Shown: one piece after another, positions 55,105-64,000 of the stretch
Numbering within the stretch: the first letter of the stretch is position 1
Layout: every line of letters begins with the position of its first letter
Source of the DNA: Pseudomonadota bacterium
GTDB taxonomy: Bacteria; Chloroflexota; UBA5177
Direction of reading: 5' to 3'
Assembly (NCBI GenBank): GCA_021324655.1
Contig: JAJPIP010000062.1
Span: 38,987-102,986, forward strand
DNA length: 64,000 nt
The notes under the pieces: generated by a model
Database searches by the model: none
What the model was told of the DNA's origin: nothing
The model's input: the letters and a program-made list of their open reading frames with translations, nothing else
Translations under genes and position numbers: made by a program

Positions 55105-56592
55105 CTATGCCGCGCCTCCGCCGTGGGAGTGGTCGTCCGTCCCGATGTCAAACACGATGTGCTTGATCTCGGTCAGCGCGTCCAGCATCCAGGTCGAAAG
55201 CTCGCGGCCCACACCGCTTTTCTTGGCGCCGCCGAACGGGCCCAGCTGATCCCAGTAGTTGGTGCTTTCGTTCACCAGGACAGTGCCGTGCTCGAGACGC
55301 TCGGCCATCCTCCAGGCATCCGAGAGTGAGTTGGTAAAGAGAGCGGCATTGAGGCCGAACGGGGTGCCGTTCGCAATGCGAATCGCCTCACTCGGGTCGG
55401 AGAAACGGATGATGGGTGCCACCGGACCGAAGGTTTCATCCCGCGCAATCACCATGTCTTCCGTCACCTCCGTGAGGATCGTCGGCGGATACAGCAAGTT
55501 GTCGGCGACCCCGATCTCCGTGACCGTCGCACCTCCGTCGCGCGCATCCTTGATATGGTCGCGCACCTTGCGGAGAGTGCCGGCATTGCAGAGCGGCCCC
55601 ATGTCGGTGGCGTCGTCCGCCGGATCGCCGACCCGCAGCCGGCGTGTTCGGTCCTCGAGGCGGCGCACAAATTCGTCGTGTACGGCGTCGTGGACAAGGA
55701 TGCGCTCGGCAGCGGTGCAGCATTGCCCGGCCAGGTAGAAGCATCCCAGAATGCTCGCCTCCACTGCCTTGTCGAGATCGGCATCGGGCATGACGATGAT
55801 CGGTCCGTTACCACCCAACTCGAGCAGCAGGCGCTTGAGTCCGGCGCTGCGCGCGATGCGCTCTCCGGTTGCCGTGTTCCCGGTGAAAGCAATGACGTCC
55901 ACGTCGTCGTGCTCGACGATGGCGGCTCCGACCTCACCGGCCCCGGTGACCATGTTGACGACTCCAGGCGGGAAGCCGGCATCGACAAAGATGTCGGCGA
56001 GCATCGCGGAACTCAGCGGAGCATACTCGGACGGCTTCCAGACCACGGTGTCGCCGATGGCAACCGCGTAACAGATGGAGATAGCGGCGATATCAACGGG
56101 GAAGTTCCAGGGCGTGATGACTCCGACCACGCCGGCCGGCCGCCGTGTCACCAGCAAGCGTTTGTTGTTCGTCCGCTCTTCCGTAGACGGCAGCACCTGA
56201 CCTCGGTAGCGGAGCACATCTTCCGCGGCACGCCGGAAGTGCTCGCAGGCGTACTGCACCATCTCCTCACGCGATTCCCGGATGGTCTTTCCCATCTCCC
56301 GGGTGATCGTCTGCGCGATCTCCTCGTTGCGCTCCTTGCAGAGGGCGTACGCCCGATACATGAGATCGACCCGGTCGAGCAGAGGGACCGACGCCCACCC
56401 CGGCTGAGCGGCTCGCGCCGCCGCCACCGCTCGATCCACGTCGTCCGGCCCGCAGGCGGTCACCGTCCCCAGCACGTCGCCGGAGAACGGTGACTTGACC
56501 TCGAAACTCCCCTGCGATCCCTCGACCCATTCCCCGTTGATCAATGCGCGGCGATGAATCGTTCCCGCCGGCGCCTCATCAGTAACCGTCAT
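55105..56592 (-). CDS. NAD(P)-dependent aldehyde dehydrogenase
   Basis: AAGGAAAGAGGA precedes the ATG at 56592. Motifs ITPWNFP, the ELGGN-type catalytic Glu and GQCCTAAER catalytic Cys are present. Confidence 0.85.
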   Translation of the reverse strand: MTVTDEAPAGTIHRRALINGEWVEGSQGSFEVKSPFSGDVLGTVTACGPDDVDRAVAAARAAQPGWASVPLLDRVDLMYRAYALCKERNEEIAQTITREMGKTIRESREEMVQYACEHFRRAAEDVLRYRGQVLPSTEERTNNKRLLVTRRPAGVVGVITPWNFPVDIAAISICYAVAIGDTVVWKPSEYAPLSSAMLADIFVDAGFPPGVVNMVTGAGEVGAAIVEHDDVDVIAFTGNTATGERIARSAGLKRLLLELGGNGPIIVMPDADLDKAVEASILGCFYLAGQCCTAAERILVHDAVHDEFVRRLEDRTRRLRVGDPADDATDMGPLCNAGTLRKVRDHIKDARDGGATVTEIGVADNLLYPPTILTEVTEDMVIARDETFGPVAPIIRFSDPSEAIRIANGTPFGLNAALFTNSLSDAWRMAERLEHGTVLVNESTNYWDQLGPFGGAKKSGVGRELSTWMLDALTEIKHIVFDIGTDDHSHGGGAA

Positions 56593-56635
56593 GTCGTCCT
56601 CTTTCCTTCTCTGTTCCTGGTCCCGGCAACCGCCC

Positions 56636-58087
56636 TCAGTCGGCGCCGGCCGGCGTCGGGCTGATCGGCTCAGCGCTCGCCGCCTCCGGCTCACGTGACG
56701 CCGCGATGCCGATACGATAGCCGACGAAGTAGTACAACGCGGCGCAGATCAGGATGACGGGGACCGACGCCGAGATGTAGTTGTAGATACCCTCACCCTG
56801 GCCGAGCTTCTGGGCGAGCGGGATGTACGTGGACCAACCGGCGAGGTAGACCCACAGAATGACTCCAACGATCCAGACCAGAACGGCGCCGAGGTTGAAG
56901 CCACCGGTAAACCAGTAGCGGCCGCCCCGGCGGTAGAGGTCCGGAACCACCAGGTTCTGCTTCCGGATGAGGAAGTAGTCAGCCAGGGCAATGCCCCAGT
57001 ACGGAGCGAGTAGCGCGCCCACCACGGTGAGCAGATCGTTGAACTTGGTGTTCAGCGTTCCGACGTAGAGGAAGGGCAGGGAAGGGATCGCGATGATCGC
57101 GACCGCCAGATGGTAGTTCAGCTTCGGGATCATCACCTTGAGCGCCATGACCGACGCGTAGAGGAGCATGGCATTGTTGATGATGGTCGAGAAGATGATG
57201 ATGAAGAGAGCGGGAACTCCCAGACCCGACTTGGTCGCCCAGACGCTCGGGTCGGCCGACCCCGTCGCCAGCGTGGCCAGGCCACCGATGATGGCGTAGA
57301 GAACGCCGACGCTGGCCAGACCAAGCCAGGCACCCCAGAACGCGCCCTTCACCGACTTCGCGAAGCGGTTCCAGGATCCCATATACGGAAACCAGGAGAT
57401 GTTGTACGCGACAGCCGCCTCGATGCCGTAGGCGAAAGACACCGAGTGGTTGGGATGAACCGCCGCGATCTTTGACCAGCCGAAATCGGTGAAGATGCGG
57501 ACAAGCAGGACGACGGCGAAGATGATCAGTAACGGCACCGCCCACTTCACGAGAGTGAAGACCGTCTTGGGACTCACGTAGAGCATGAGCGCCGGGATGA
57601 GAATACCGGCACCCAGCCCGAACAGGGTGAACCAGTTGGGGGCAAAAGTGGCGCTGAAGTCACCCGATCTCGTGATGACATGAACGGCGGAGGAGCCGGA
57701 CGTCCCGGCGATATTGGCGAGGATCCCGATCCAGCCGAAGTTGATCGTGATCAGCAGAACGACGCCGATGTACGCCCCGAAGGTGCCGAAGGTCGAGCGC
57801 ATCCCGATGTATTCGTCAATGCCGTAGCGCGCGCTGCGGAGTCCCGTCATGGACGGGAAAAGCGTGCCGAGCACATTCCCAACGAGCGACACGACGATCA
57901 CGCCGGCGACGCCGAGCGCGGCCGCGTAGTAACCACCAAGCAGGAAAGTGGTGAGCAGGACATTGCCCCCCGCCCACAGCCAGTACATCAGGAGACCGCC
58001 GGCATAGCGGTCGCCGATCGGGAGCGGAAGAACGTCCTCGCCGTAGGTGGCGCTGGCCGGTTCAACGGCCGCGATGTCGGTAGCCAT
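56636..58087 (-). CDS. NCS1-family nucleobase:cation symporter (cytosine/hydantoin/allantoin permease-like)
   Basis: About 12 TM helices, with a composition and length typical of NCS1 permeases. Confidence 0.75.
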   Translation of the reverse strand: MATDIAAVEPASATYGEDVLPLPIGDRYAGGLLMYWLWAGGNVLLTTFLLGGYYAAALGVAGVIVVSLVGNVLGTLFPSMTGLRSARYGIDEYIGMRSTFGTFGAYIGVVLLITINFGWIGILANIAGTSGSSAVHVITRSGDFSATFAPNWFTLFGLGAGILIPALMLYVSPKTVFTLVKWAVPLLIIFAVVLLVRIFTDFGWSKIAAVHPNHSVSFAYGIEAAVAYNISWFPYMGSWNRFAKSVKGAFWGAWLGLASVGVLYAIIGGLATLATGSADPSVWATKSGLGVPALFIIIFSTIINNAMLLYASVMALKVMIPKLNYHLAVAIIAIPSLPFLYVGTLNTKFNDLLTVVGALLAPYWGIALADYFLIRKQNLVVPDLYRRGGRYWFTGGFNLGAVLVWIVGVILWVYLAGWSTYIPLAQKLGQGEGIYNYISASVPVILICAALYYFVGYRIGIAASREPEAASAEPISPTPAGAD

Positions 58088-58096
58088 CTTCGTCTC

Positions 58097-58288
58097 CTAC
58101 TGCGTCGCCCACCACAGGGCGGCGACGATGGTAATCACAATAGCGAAGCCGAGATATATGTAGAGCTCCTGCAGCGGCATCACACCGTCCTCGATGCCTT
58201 CATGAAGTACCGTGGCCAGACGCGCCGGGTTCACCAGCATCTGGTCGGCAGGGAGCTGCCGAAGAACCTTCTCCTGGACATCAGCCAT
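58097..58288 (-). CDS. small membrane protein (63 aa), likely transporter accessory subunit
   Basis: GGGAGGAG sits 6 nt upstream of the ATG. One C-terminal TM helix (IYLGFAIVITIVAALWW). The gene ends 9 nt before the permease gene. Confidence 0.5.
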   Translation of the reverse strand: MADVQEKVLRQLPADQMLVNPARLATVLHEGIEDGVMPLQELYIYLGFAIVITIVAALWWATQ

Positions 58289-58454
58289 GACATCTCCTCC
58301 CGCGGTCGATCAAACAAACACACCATCCCGCGTCGACATCGCCGCCCGGTCCACTCCTCACCTCCGTCGTCCCACACGCGGAGACCGGAACGGCAGGACT
58401 CGCGTGCGTATGTCCATTCCACTTAACCTATGTCTATGGTAATGGTCAATCTCG

Positions 58455-58469
58455 GTACGACCATCGTAC
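58455..58469. promoter_or_regulatory. palindrome GTACGA-cca-TCGTAC in a divergent promoter region
   Basis: It lies in the AT-richer intergenic stretch between the NCS1 operon and the XRE-cupin regulator gene. Confidence 0.3.
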
Positions 58470-58535
58470 ACAGCACGACCGCAACGGTCAACCCGACAAA
58501 GTGGTGGGCGAGGGAGCGAGCGCGGGGAGGGACGT

Positions 58536-59162
58536 ATGGCTGCAAACGATGATCTGGAACGCGGCGGAGTCGTGGCCGAAAACCAGGAGCCCGAGAGTGA
58601 CGGCGATCCCAACGATGAGTTCGAGATCGGGCCACGTCTGCGACAGATCCGCCGGGATCGGAGTCTGACGATGGCCGAACTGGCGGCGCGGTCCGGGCTG
58701 ACACGCAGCTTTCTCAGTCAGGTGGAGAGCGGGCGGGTGAGCCCCTCGCTGACCTCCCTACAGAAGATCGCATCCGCCTTAGGGATGACCCTGGGCGCGA
58801 TGTTCGCCGTTCCCTCTCCGCACAGCCGCGTCGTGCGGCGCGAGGATCGATCGCGGCTCCGGTACAGCAAATCGAACGTCGAGGACGAGTTGCTCTCACC
58901 CACCCTGACCGGCAAGCTCGAAGTGCTGTCCTGCACCATCGGCCCGCACGAGGTCAGTGGGGATGAGCCGTACGCCCACAATGCGGACGAGGAATGCGTC
59001 GTCGTTCTCGCCGGTCTGCTGGAGATCGTCGTCGACGGCGATCGGTATCTGCTGCGTGAGGGGGACGCCATCACTTTCTGCAGTCGGGAGCCGCACTGGT
59101 GGTGCAACCCGGCCGACGCGGACACGCGCTGCCTATGGGTCATCACTCCGCCCGGCTTCTGA
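58536..59162 (+). CDS. XRE-family HTH plus cupin-domain transcriptional regulator
   Basis: The HTH is LTMAELAARSGLTRSFLSQVESGRVSPSLTSLQKIASALG. The C-terminal cupin is EECVVVLAGLLEIVVDGD...GDAITF. Confidence 0.8.
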   Translation: MAANDDLERGGVVAENQEPESDGDPNDEFEIGPRLRQIRRDRSLTMAELAARSGLTRSFLSQVESGRVSPSLTSLQKIASALGMTLGAMFAVPSPHSRVVRREDRSRLRYSKSNVEDELLSPTLTGKLEVLSCTIGPHEVSGDEPYAHNADEECVVVLAGLLEIVVDGDRYLLREGDAITFCSREPHWWCNPADADTRCLWVITPPGF

Positions 59163-59184
59163 GCGAGCGACGTTGCCAACTGTG

Positions 59185-60234
59185 ATGACGGTCCGCGGAC
59201 CGATCCACCCGGCGGACCTGGGCATCACGCTGATGCACGAGCACGTGCTGCTCGATCTCAGCTGTGTCCGGCATCCGCCCTCGGCTCCCTGGCAGGAACC
59301 GCTCGTCGACAGCACCGTCAACCTCGGGACGCGCGGGTTGCTCGCCCTCGATCCGTACGTTAACAGGGCCAATCTCCGCCTCGACGATCCGGCGATGGCG
59401 CGCGCCGAGCTTCGGCTCTACCTCGATCTGGGGGGCCGGTCGCTCGTCGATCTCACCGTGCAGGGGCTCTCTCCACGGCCGGTCGCTTTACGGGAGCTCT
59501 CCGAGGCGAGCGGCGTCCACATCGTTGCCGGGTGCGGCTATTACGTTCGGGCCGCCCATCCGGAGGGACTGTCGACGCGCGGCGAGCAGGAGGTAGCGGA
59601 GGCTCTGCTGCGCGAGATCACCGAGGGTTTCGGCGAGACCGGTATCCGGCCAGGGATCATTGGCGAACTGGGCACGAGCTCTCCGATCCATCCTGATGAG
59701 GCCAAGGTGCTGCGAGCCGCCGCCCGCGTGCAGCGCTCGACGGGCCTCGCCATCAATGTCCACGTCGCTCTCTGGTCCCAGGAGGGTCTGGCGGTACTGG
59801 ATATCCTCGAGTCGGCCGGGGCCGATCTCAGCCGCGTCGTCCTCAGTCACCTGGATGAGGTGCTGGATCTGGAGTATCACCGCGCGGTGCTGCGCCGCGG
59901 TGCGTATGTGGAGTACGACACGTTCGGGTCGGAGTTTTACTTCGACTCCTGGCAACGGCGCGAGGCGAGCGACAGTGAGCGTATCGACGCTTTACTCACT
60001 CTCCTCGCCGAGGGATGGCAGGAGCGCATCCTCCTCTCGCAGGACGTCTGCACGAAGATGCACCTGGTTGGCTACGGTGGGTACGGCTACGGCCATCTCC
60101 TCCGCTCCATCGTGCCGCGCTTGCGGCAACGAGGTCTCGATGAGGACATGCTGCGGATGCTGCTGGTGACCAACCCGTCACGCGTGCTGACGTCTTCCCA
60201 TCCAGGCCGTGACGAGCGATCTGACGGCACGTGA
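59185..60234 (+). CDS. phosphotriesterase-related (PTER / aryldialkylphosphatase family) amidohydrolase-fold protein
   Basis: The N-terminal binuclear metal motif is ITLMHEHVLLD. Downstream His/Asp ligands are present (VHVALW, SHLD). The start lies 22 nt after the regulator gene. Confidence 0.8.
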   Translation: MTVRGPIHPADLGITLMHEHVLLDLSCVRHPPSAPWQEPLVDSTVNLGTRGLLALDPYVNRANLRLDDPAMARAELRLYLDLGGRSLVDLTVQGLSPRPVALRELSEASGVHIVAGCGYYVRAAHPEGLSTRGEQEVAEALLREITEGFGETGIRPGIIGELGTSSPIHPDEAKVLRAAARVQRSTGLAINVHVALWSQEGLAVLDILESAGADLSRVVLSHLDEVLDLEYHRAVLRRGAYVEYDTFGSEFYFDSWQRREASDSERIDALLTLLAEGWQERILLSQDVCTKMHLVGYGGYGYGHLLRSIVPRLRQRGLDEDMLRMLLVTNPSRVLTSSHPGRDERSDGT

Positions 60235-60274
60235 TGCCGGCACGCCACGAGGACGGTTCCGACCGTCGACGACT

Positions 60275-61183
60275 CTACCGGCCCGCCCGAGGATCCAGCG
60301 CATCGCGCAGGCCGTCGCCGACGAAGTTGATAGCCAGGATGGCGATGGTCAGCGTGACGCCGGGGACGACCGCCAGTAGCGGTACGGAGATGTAGTACTC
60401 CTCGGCTCCCGTTAGCATGTTGCCCCAGGTGGGCACGTCGGGCGGCACGCCGTAGCCCAGAAAATCGAGAGTTGCCTCCGCGATCATGTTGTAGGCGACG
60501 TTGAGCGTGGTGGTGACGATGATGGCGGCCACCACATTGGGCAGCATGTGCTTGACGATCATGCGAATGCGCGGCACGCCGAGGGCACGTGCCGCATCCA
60601 CGAAGTCCTTCTCCCGGAGTGAGAGGAACTCGCCGCGGATAATGCGCGCCAGGTAGAGCCAGCCGAAGGCGCCCAGGAAAATCGTGACGCTGAAGGCCGA
60701 TCCCTGAATGATCGAGAACATGATCAGGAGCAGGAAGATCGCGGGGAAGGCCAGCAGGAGATCGACGAGGCGCATCATAATGTTGTCGATCCAGCCGCCG
60801 AAGAAACCGGAGACGGCACCGACCAGGACGCCGATCACCATCGAGATCAGAGCCGCGGCGAGGCCGATACTCAGCGACACCCGTCCCCCATAGAGAAGGA
60901 GCGTCAGCACGTCGCGCCCCAGGGAGTCCGTGCCGAGAAGGTGCGCCGAGGTCGGTCCCTGCAGTTGGGCGAAGAGATCCTGCTGGTCCTCACCGTAGGG
61001 AGCGAGCACGGGGGCAAAGAGAGCCGCCAGCACCATAAGGGTGAGAATCACCAGCCCGGCGAGCGCGACCCTGTGCCGCAGAAAGCGATCCCGCGCGATG
61101 CTCAGGTGACCGCGCGGTTCGGGCGCAATGTCGTCAATGGGGAGGATCCCTGCCGCCTCGGCGGTTTCAATCGGTTGATTCAT
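60275..61183 (-). CDS. ABC transporter permease (DppC/OppC-like)
   Basis: The EAA-like motif is AARALGVPRIRMIVKHMLPN, and the protein has 6 TM helices. Confidence 0.85.
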   Translation of the reverse strand: MNQPIETAEAAGILPIDDIAPEPRGHLSIARDRFLRHRVALAGLVILTLMVLAALFAPVLAPYGEDQQDLFAQLQGPTSAHLLGTDSLGRDVLTLLLYGGRVSLSIGLAAALISMVIGVLVGAVSGFFGGWIDNIMMRLVDLLLAFPAIFLLLIMFSIIQGSAFSVTIFLGAFGWLYLARIIRGEFLSLREKDFVDAARALGVPRIRMIVKHMLPNVVAAIIVTTTLNVAYNMIAEATLDFLGYGVPPDVPTWGNMLTGAEEYYISVPLLAVVPGVTLTIAILAINFVGDGLRDALDPRAGR

Positions 61184-61192
61184 CTGTCCCTG

Positions 61193-62134
61193 CTAGGAGT
61201 ACCGAATGCGTGGGTCGAGGAAGCCGTACACGAGATCGGCCAGGACCTGGAAGACGACGATGATGACTGCGCCGAAGACGAGGAGCCCCATCAGGACCGG
61301 GTAATCGCGCGAGTTGAGCGAGTCAAAGAACAGACGTCCCATCCCCGGCCAGTCGAAGATGGTCTCCGTCACCACCGCTCCGGTCAGATAGAGCGGCGTA
61401 TCCAGCATGACGACGGTGACGAAGGGAATGAGAGCGTTTTTGAGAGCATGCCGGAAAATGACGGCCGGTTTCTTGACGCCCTTCGCCTTCGCCGTCTGTA
61501 TGTAGTCCTGATGGATCACCTCCAGCATGGAGGAACGCACGTAGCGGCTCCAGCCGGCGACCGTTCCGAACGCCAGGGTGAAGGCCGGAAGGGCGAGATG
61601 GGCCAGGTAGCTGCCCACACTCCCCGATCCCATGTCGGCCGAGGGCAGCCAGCCGAGCTCCACGGCAAACAGCAGCTGGAGCATCAACCCGAACCAGAAC
61701 ACGGGCATGGCCAGGCCGAAGAAGGAGATGGCGTTCACCATGTGATCAAAGACCGAGTACTGCCAGACGGCGGACAGGATACCGGCCAGGAGAGCGATGA
61801 CAAAGGCGATGGCCAGTCCGGCCACCACCAACTGCACGGTGTTGGGCACCCGCTCCGCGATCACGTTGACCACCGGCCGGTACTGAATATAGGAGATGCC
61901 GAGGTTGCCGTGGAGCAATGCCCAGAGCCACTTCCAGTACTGGATGTACCACGGCTGATCAAGCCCCAGGTTGTGGGCGATGGCGTGGAGCTGCTGCGGC
62001 GTCATCCGGCTATTGCGGGCCAACAACGTGAGCGGCCCGCCCGGCATGAGCTGCATGAAGATGAAGGAGACCAGCGAGATGCCGAGGAGGAGCGGAATGA
62101 GGCCCAGCAGACGGCGGACGAGGTAGGTGCCCAC
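61193..62134 (-). CDS. ABC transporter permease (DppB/OppB-like)
   Basis: The EAA-like motif is TAKAKGVKKPAVIFRHALKNAL, and the protein has 6 TM helices. Confidence 0.85.
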   Translation of the reverse strand: MGTYLVRRLLGLIPLLLGISLVSFIFMQLMPGGPLTLLARNSRMTPQQLHAIAHNLGLDQPWYIQYWKWLWALLHGNLGISYIQYRPVVNVIAERVPNTVQLVVAGLAIAFVIALLAGILSAVWQYSVFDHMVNAISFFGLAMPVFWFGLMLQLLFAVELGWLPSADMGSGSVGSYLAHLALPAFTLAFGTVAGWSRYVRSSMLEVIHQDYIQTAKAKGVKKPAVIFRHALKNALIPFVTVVMLDTPLYLTGAVVTETIFDWPGMGRLFFDSLNSRDYPVLMGLLVFGAVIIVVFQVLADLVYGFLDPRIRYS

Positions 62135-62156
62135 GATGCCCTTCCCGAAGGGTCAC

Positions 62157-62180
62157 GGAGGGGGGATGCCTCCCCCCTCC
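62157..62180 (-). other. GC-rich hairpin between the SBP and permease genes (intra-operon stem-loop)
   Basis: GGAGGGGGG-atgcct-CCCCCCTCC forms a perfect 9-bp stem. A second small hairpin CCCTTC-ccg-GAAGGG is adjacent. Confidence 0.35.
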
Positions 62181-62190
62181 TCGCTTCATG

Positions 62191-63849
62191 CTACTTCGTG
62201 AACTCCCAGTTCTGAACGTTCCACATCAGATTGTTGTACGCGCTGGGATCAAAGCCGATCATGTTCTTCGGCGCCGCGTAGATGTTCTTCTCCGAGTACA
62301 TGAAGAGGACGGGCTCCTCCTTATGCAGGAGTTGCTGGATCTTCCAGTAGATCACCTTGCGCCTGGACGGTTGGATCGTGGCCACGCCCTCGTTGGTCAG
62401 CATGTCGATCTGCGACTGCCACGGATACTTATGGAAGTACTCGGGGGCGTCGCCGCCGCTGCCCGTCGGGGTCTTCGGGATCTGGCTGGAGTTCCAGTAG
62501 AAGCTGTCATCCGGGTCGTTGCTGTTGAACCAGGAGTAGCCACCGGCCGTCATCGCATGGGTGAACTGATAGCCGTTCGGTCCCCAGATCGACTTGATGT
62601 CTTCCTGGTGGTCCGTCACGCCCACACCGATCTGCTTCCAGCTGGCCGTCACGATCTGCTGGACTTCAGAGGTTTCCTGGTCGCCGGAAGGGATCCAGTA
62701 CTGGATGTTGAGCTGGGCACCGTTCTTCTGCAGGATGCCGTTCGATCCCTTCTTGAAGCCGTCCGCCTTCAACATGGCGGACGCCTTGCTCAGACTGTAT
62801 GGATACGGCGTGACGTGAGGATCGTAGTACGGGGAGGCGGGAGGAAAGTCGGTGGGATCTTCCACGGCGAGACCGTGGAAAATGCGTTGCACGATCTCAG
62901 CGACCGGTGTGGCATACGCCAGAGCGACCCGGACCTTGGTGTCTTCCAGTAGGCTGATGTTCTTGAGATCCAGGTGGTACCAGGACAGACTCGGCTTGGT
63001 CACCATCACCACGCCGGACACCGACTTCGCATCGTTGTACCGGATCGCGGACAGGTACGGGATCATCTGGATATCGTGCGTCTTGAGCTGAACGATCTGC
63101 GTGTTATCGTTCGGCACGATTTTGTAGTTGATGATGTTGATGTGCGGTTTGTTGCCCCAATAGTTGGGATTCTTCTTCAGCTCGATATTCTGGCCGGAGA
63201 CCCACTTGACGAAAGTGTACGGACCAGTACCGATGGGATGACGGCCGAAGACCTGGGCGTTATGCTTCGGGCTCGAGAAGGCCGAGGGCGGGCTCTCGTA
63301 CGTGGATCCCACGTAGTAGGCGAACGGCGCGTATCGAACCTTGGTGTGCATGACGACCGTGTAGTTGTTCGGCGTGGTGATCTTGGTGATCTTATTCCAG
63401 CCCTGCTGGCTGTAGGCCCCGATTTTCGGGTTCATGATCGCCTTCCAATTGTCCACCACCACCCTGGCGTTGAACGGCTCACCGTCCTGAAACTTGACGC
63501 CGTGGCGCAGATACCAGGTGTAGGTCAGGCCGTCTTTGGAGACGTGATACGTGGTCGCGAGCCGGTAGATGATGTGATCGTTTGAGTTGTAGTCGATCAG
63601 CCCTTCCATCACCGCGGAGAGCACGCTGTCGCTGGTCACCAGCTGCGTGGTGAGCGGGTTGAGCGTGTCCGGCTCTTCGTTGCTGCCGATGGTCAGCGTC
63701 CCGCCGTTATGCGGTGTCCCGGCGGCGCTGTGACTCACGTCGCTGCTGCTCGCTCCGTGTCCCGAACTGTTACTACTGCCACACGCACTCAGGAATGCCG
63801 CAATGAATAACGCGGCGACCACTGGACGAGCTACCTTCAGTCCGTTCAC
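62191..63849 (-). CDS. ABC transporter substrate-binding lipoprotein, family 5 (peptide/nickel/opine type)
   Basis: The lipoprotein signal is LSACGSS. The size (552 aa) and composition fit SBP family 5. Confidence 0.85.
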   Translation of the reverse strand: MNGLKVARPVVAALFIAAFLSACGSSNSSGHGASSSDVSHSAAGTPHNGGTLTIGSNEEPDTLNPLTTQLVTSDSVLSAVMEGLIDYNSNDHIIYRLATTYHVSKDGLTYTWYLRHGVKFQDGEPFNARVVVDNWKAIMNPKIGAYSQQGWNKITKITTPNNYTVVMHTKVRYAPFAYYVGSTYESPPSAFSSPKHNAQVFGRHPIGTGPYTFVKWVSGQNIELKKNPNYWGNKPHINIINYKIVPNDNTQIVQLKTHDIQMIPYLSAIRYNDAKSVSGVVMVTKPSLSWYHLDLKNISLLEDTKVRVALAYATPVAEIVQRIFHGLAVEDPTDFPPASPYYDPHVTPYPYSLSKASAMLKADGFKKGSNGILQKNGAQLNIQYWIPSGDQETSEVQQIVTASWKQIGVGVTDHQEDIKSIWGPNGYQFTHAMTAGGYSWFNSNDPDDSFYWNSSQIPKTPTGSGGDAPEYFHKYPWQSQIDMLTNEGVATIQPSRRKVIYWKIQQLLHKEEPVLFMYSEKNIYAAPKNMIGFDPSAYNNLMWNVQNWEFTK

Positions 63850-64000
63850 GCTCTCCTCCTCTGAGCCGGCGCGCTCGCCGGGGACTCACACCTACCACCG
63901 GAAATACGACGTAAAGTAACAGCCTCCTTTGTTAGACGAACGACTCAGTCGTCAGAACCGTAACAACGCAATACCTTGGACTGATCTTAGGAGTCATCCG

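Noticed and set aside
1-64000. CRISPR arrays, IS elements, integrases/transposases, prophage genes, rRNA/tRNA genes
   Set aside because: I scanned for direct-repeat arrays, DDE/tyrosine-recombinase-like ORFs and structured RNA genes and found none. The only mobility- or defence-like trace is the short putative hsdM relic at 19300-19432.

Overview
This is a high-GC (about 68%) bacterial chromosomal window, apparently from an F420-using lineage (Actinobacteria- or Chloroflexi-like). It is densely packed with about 70 protein-coding genes. I found no rRNA or tRNA genes, no CRISPR array, and no transposase or integrase.

The content is dominated by small-molecule detoxification and catabolic functions:
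- an arsenic island: arsR, arsM, a MIP aquaglyceroporin and arsC;
- a protocatechuate / 4-hydroxybenzoate operon, pcaHGBDC-pobA, preceded by an unusual MetE-like methyltransferase gene;
- at least six class I SAM methyltransferases, one of them fused to a rhodanese domain;
- three F420-type enzymes (one Ddn-like, two PPOX-like);
- many VOC/glyoxalase, cupin and SnoaL-like genes, plus TetR, AraC, ArsR and XRE-cupin regulators;
- two YcaQ/AlkZ-family winged-helix DNA glycosylase paralogs;
- an ABC-2 exporter and a Dpp-type ABC importer;
- an APC permease and an NCS1 permease, the latter in an amine/nucleobase-like catabolic operon.

Several proteins have unusual architectures:
- a 1176-aa protein combining an HTH, a MEDS domain, two PAS, two GAF and a histidine kinase;
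- a 1187-aa SARP / NB-ARC / TPR (AfsR-like) regulator, divergent from a TusA-like / ferritin-like / methyltransferase operon whose promoter carries 11-bp-phased direct repeats;
- a secreted Asp-box (BNR) repeat protein and a phosphoesterase with a Thr/Ala-rich linker.

There are also signs of gene decay: a frameshifted TetR remnant, a possible hsdM N-terminal relic, and a frameshifted membrane protein. Several GC-rich hairpin terminators and palindromic candidate operators are visible.

All coordinates come from the supplied ORF track combined with my own reading of start codons and RBS-like motifs. Family assignments are motif-level inferences made without database searches.
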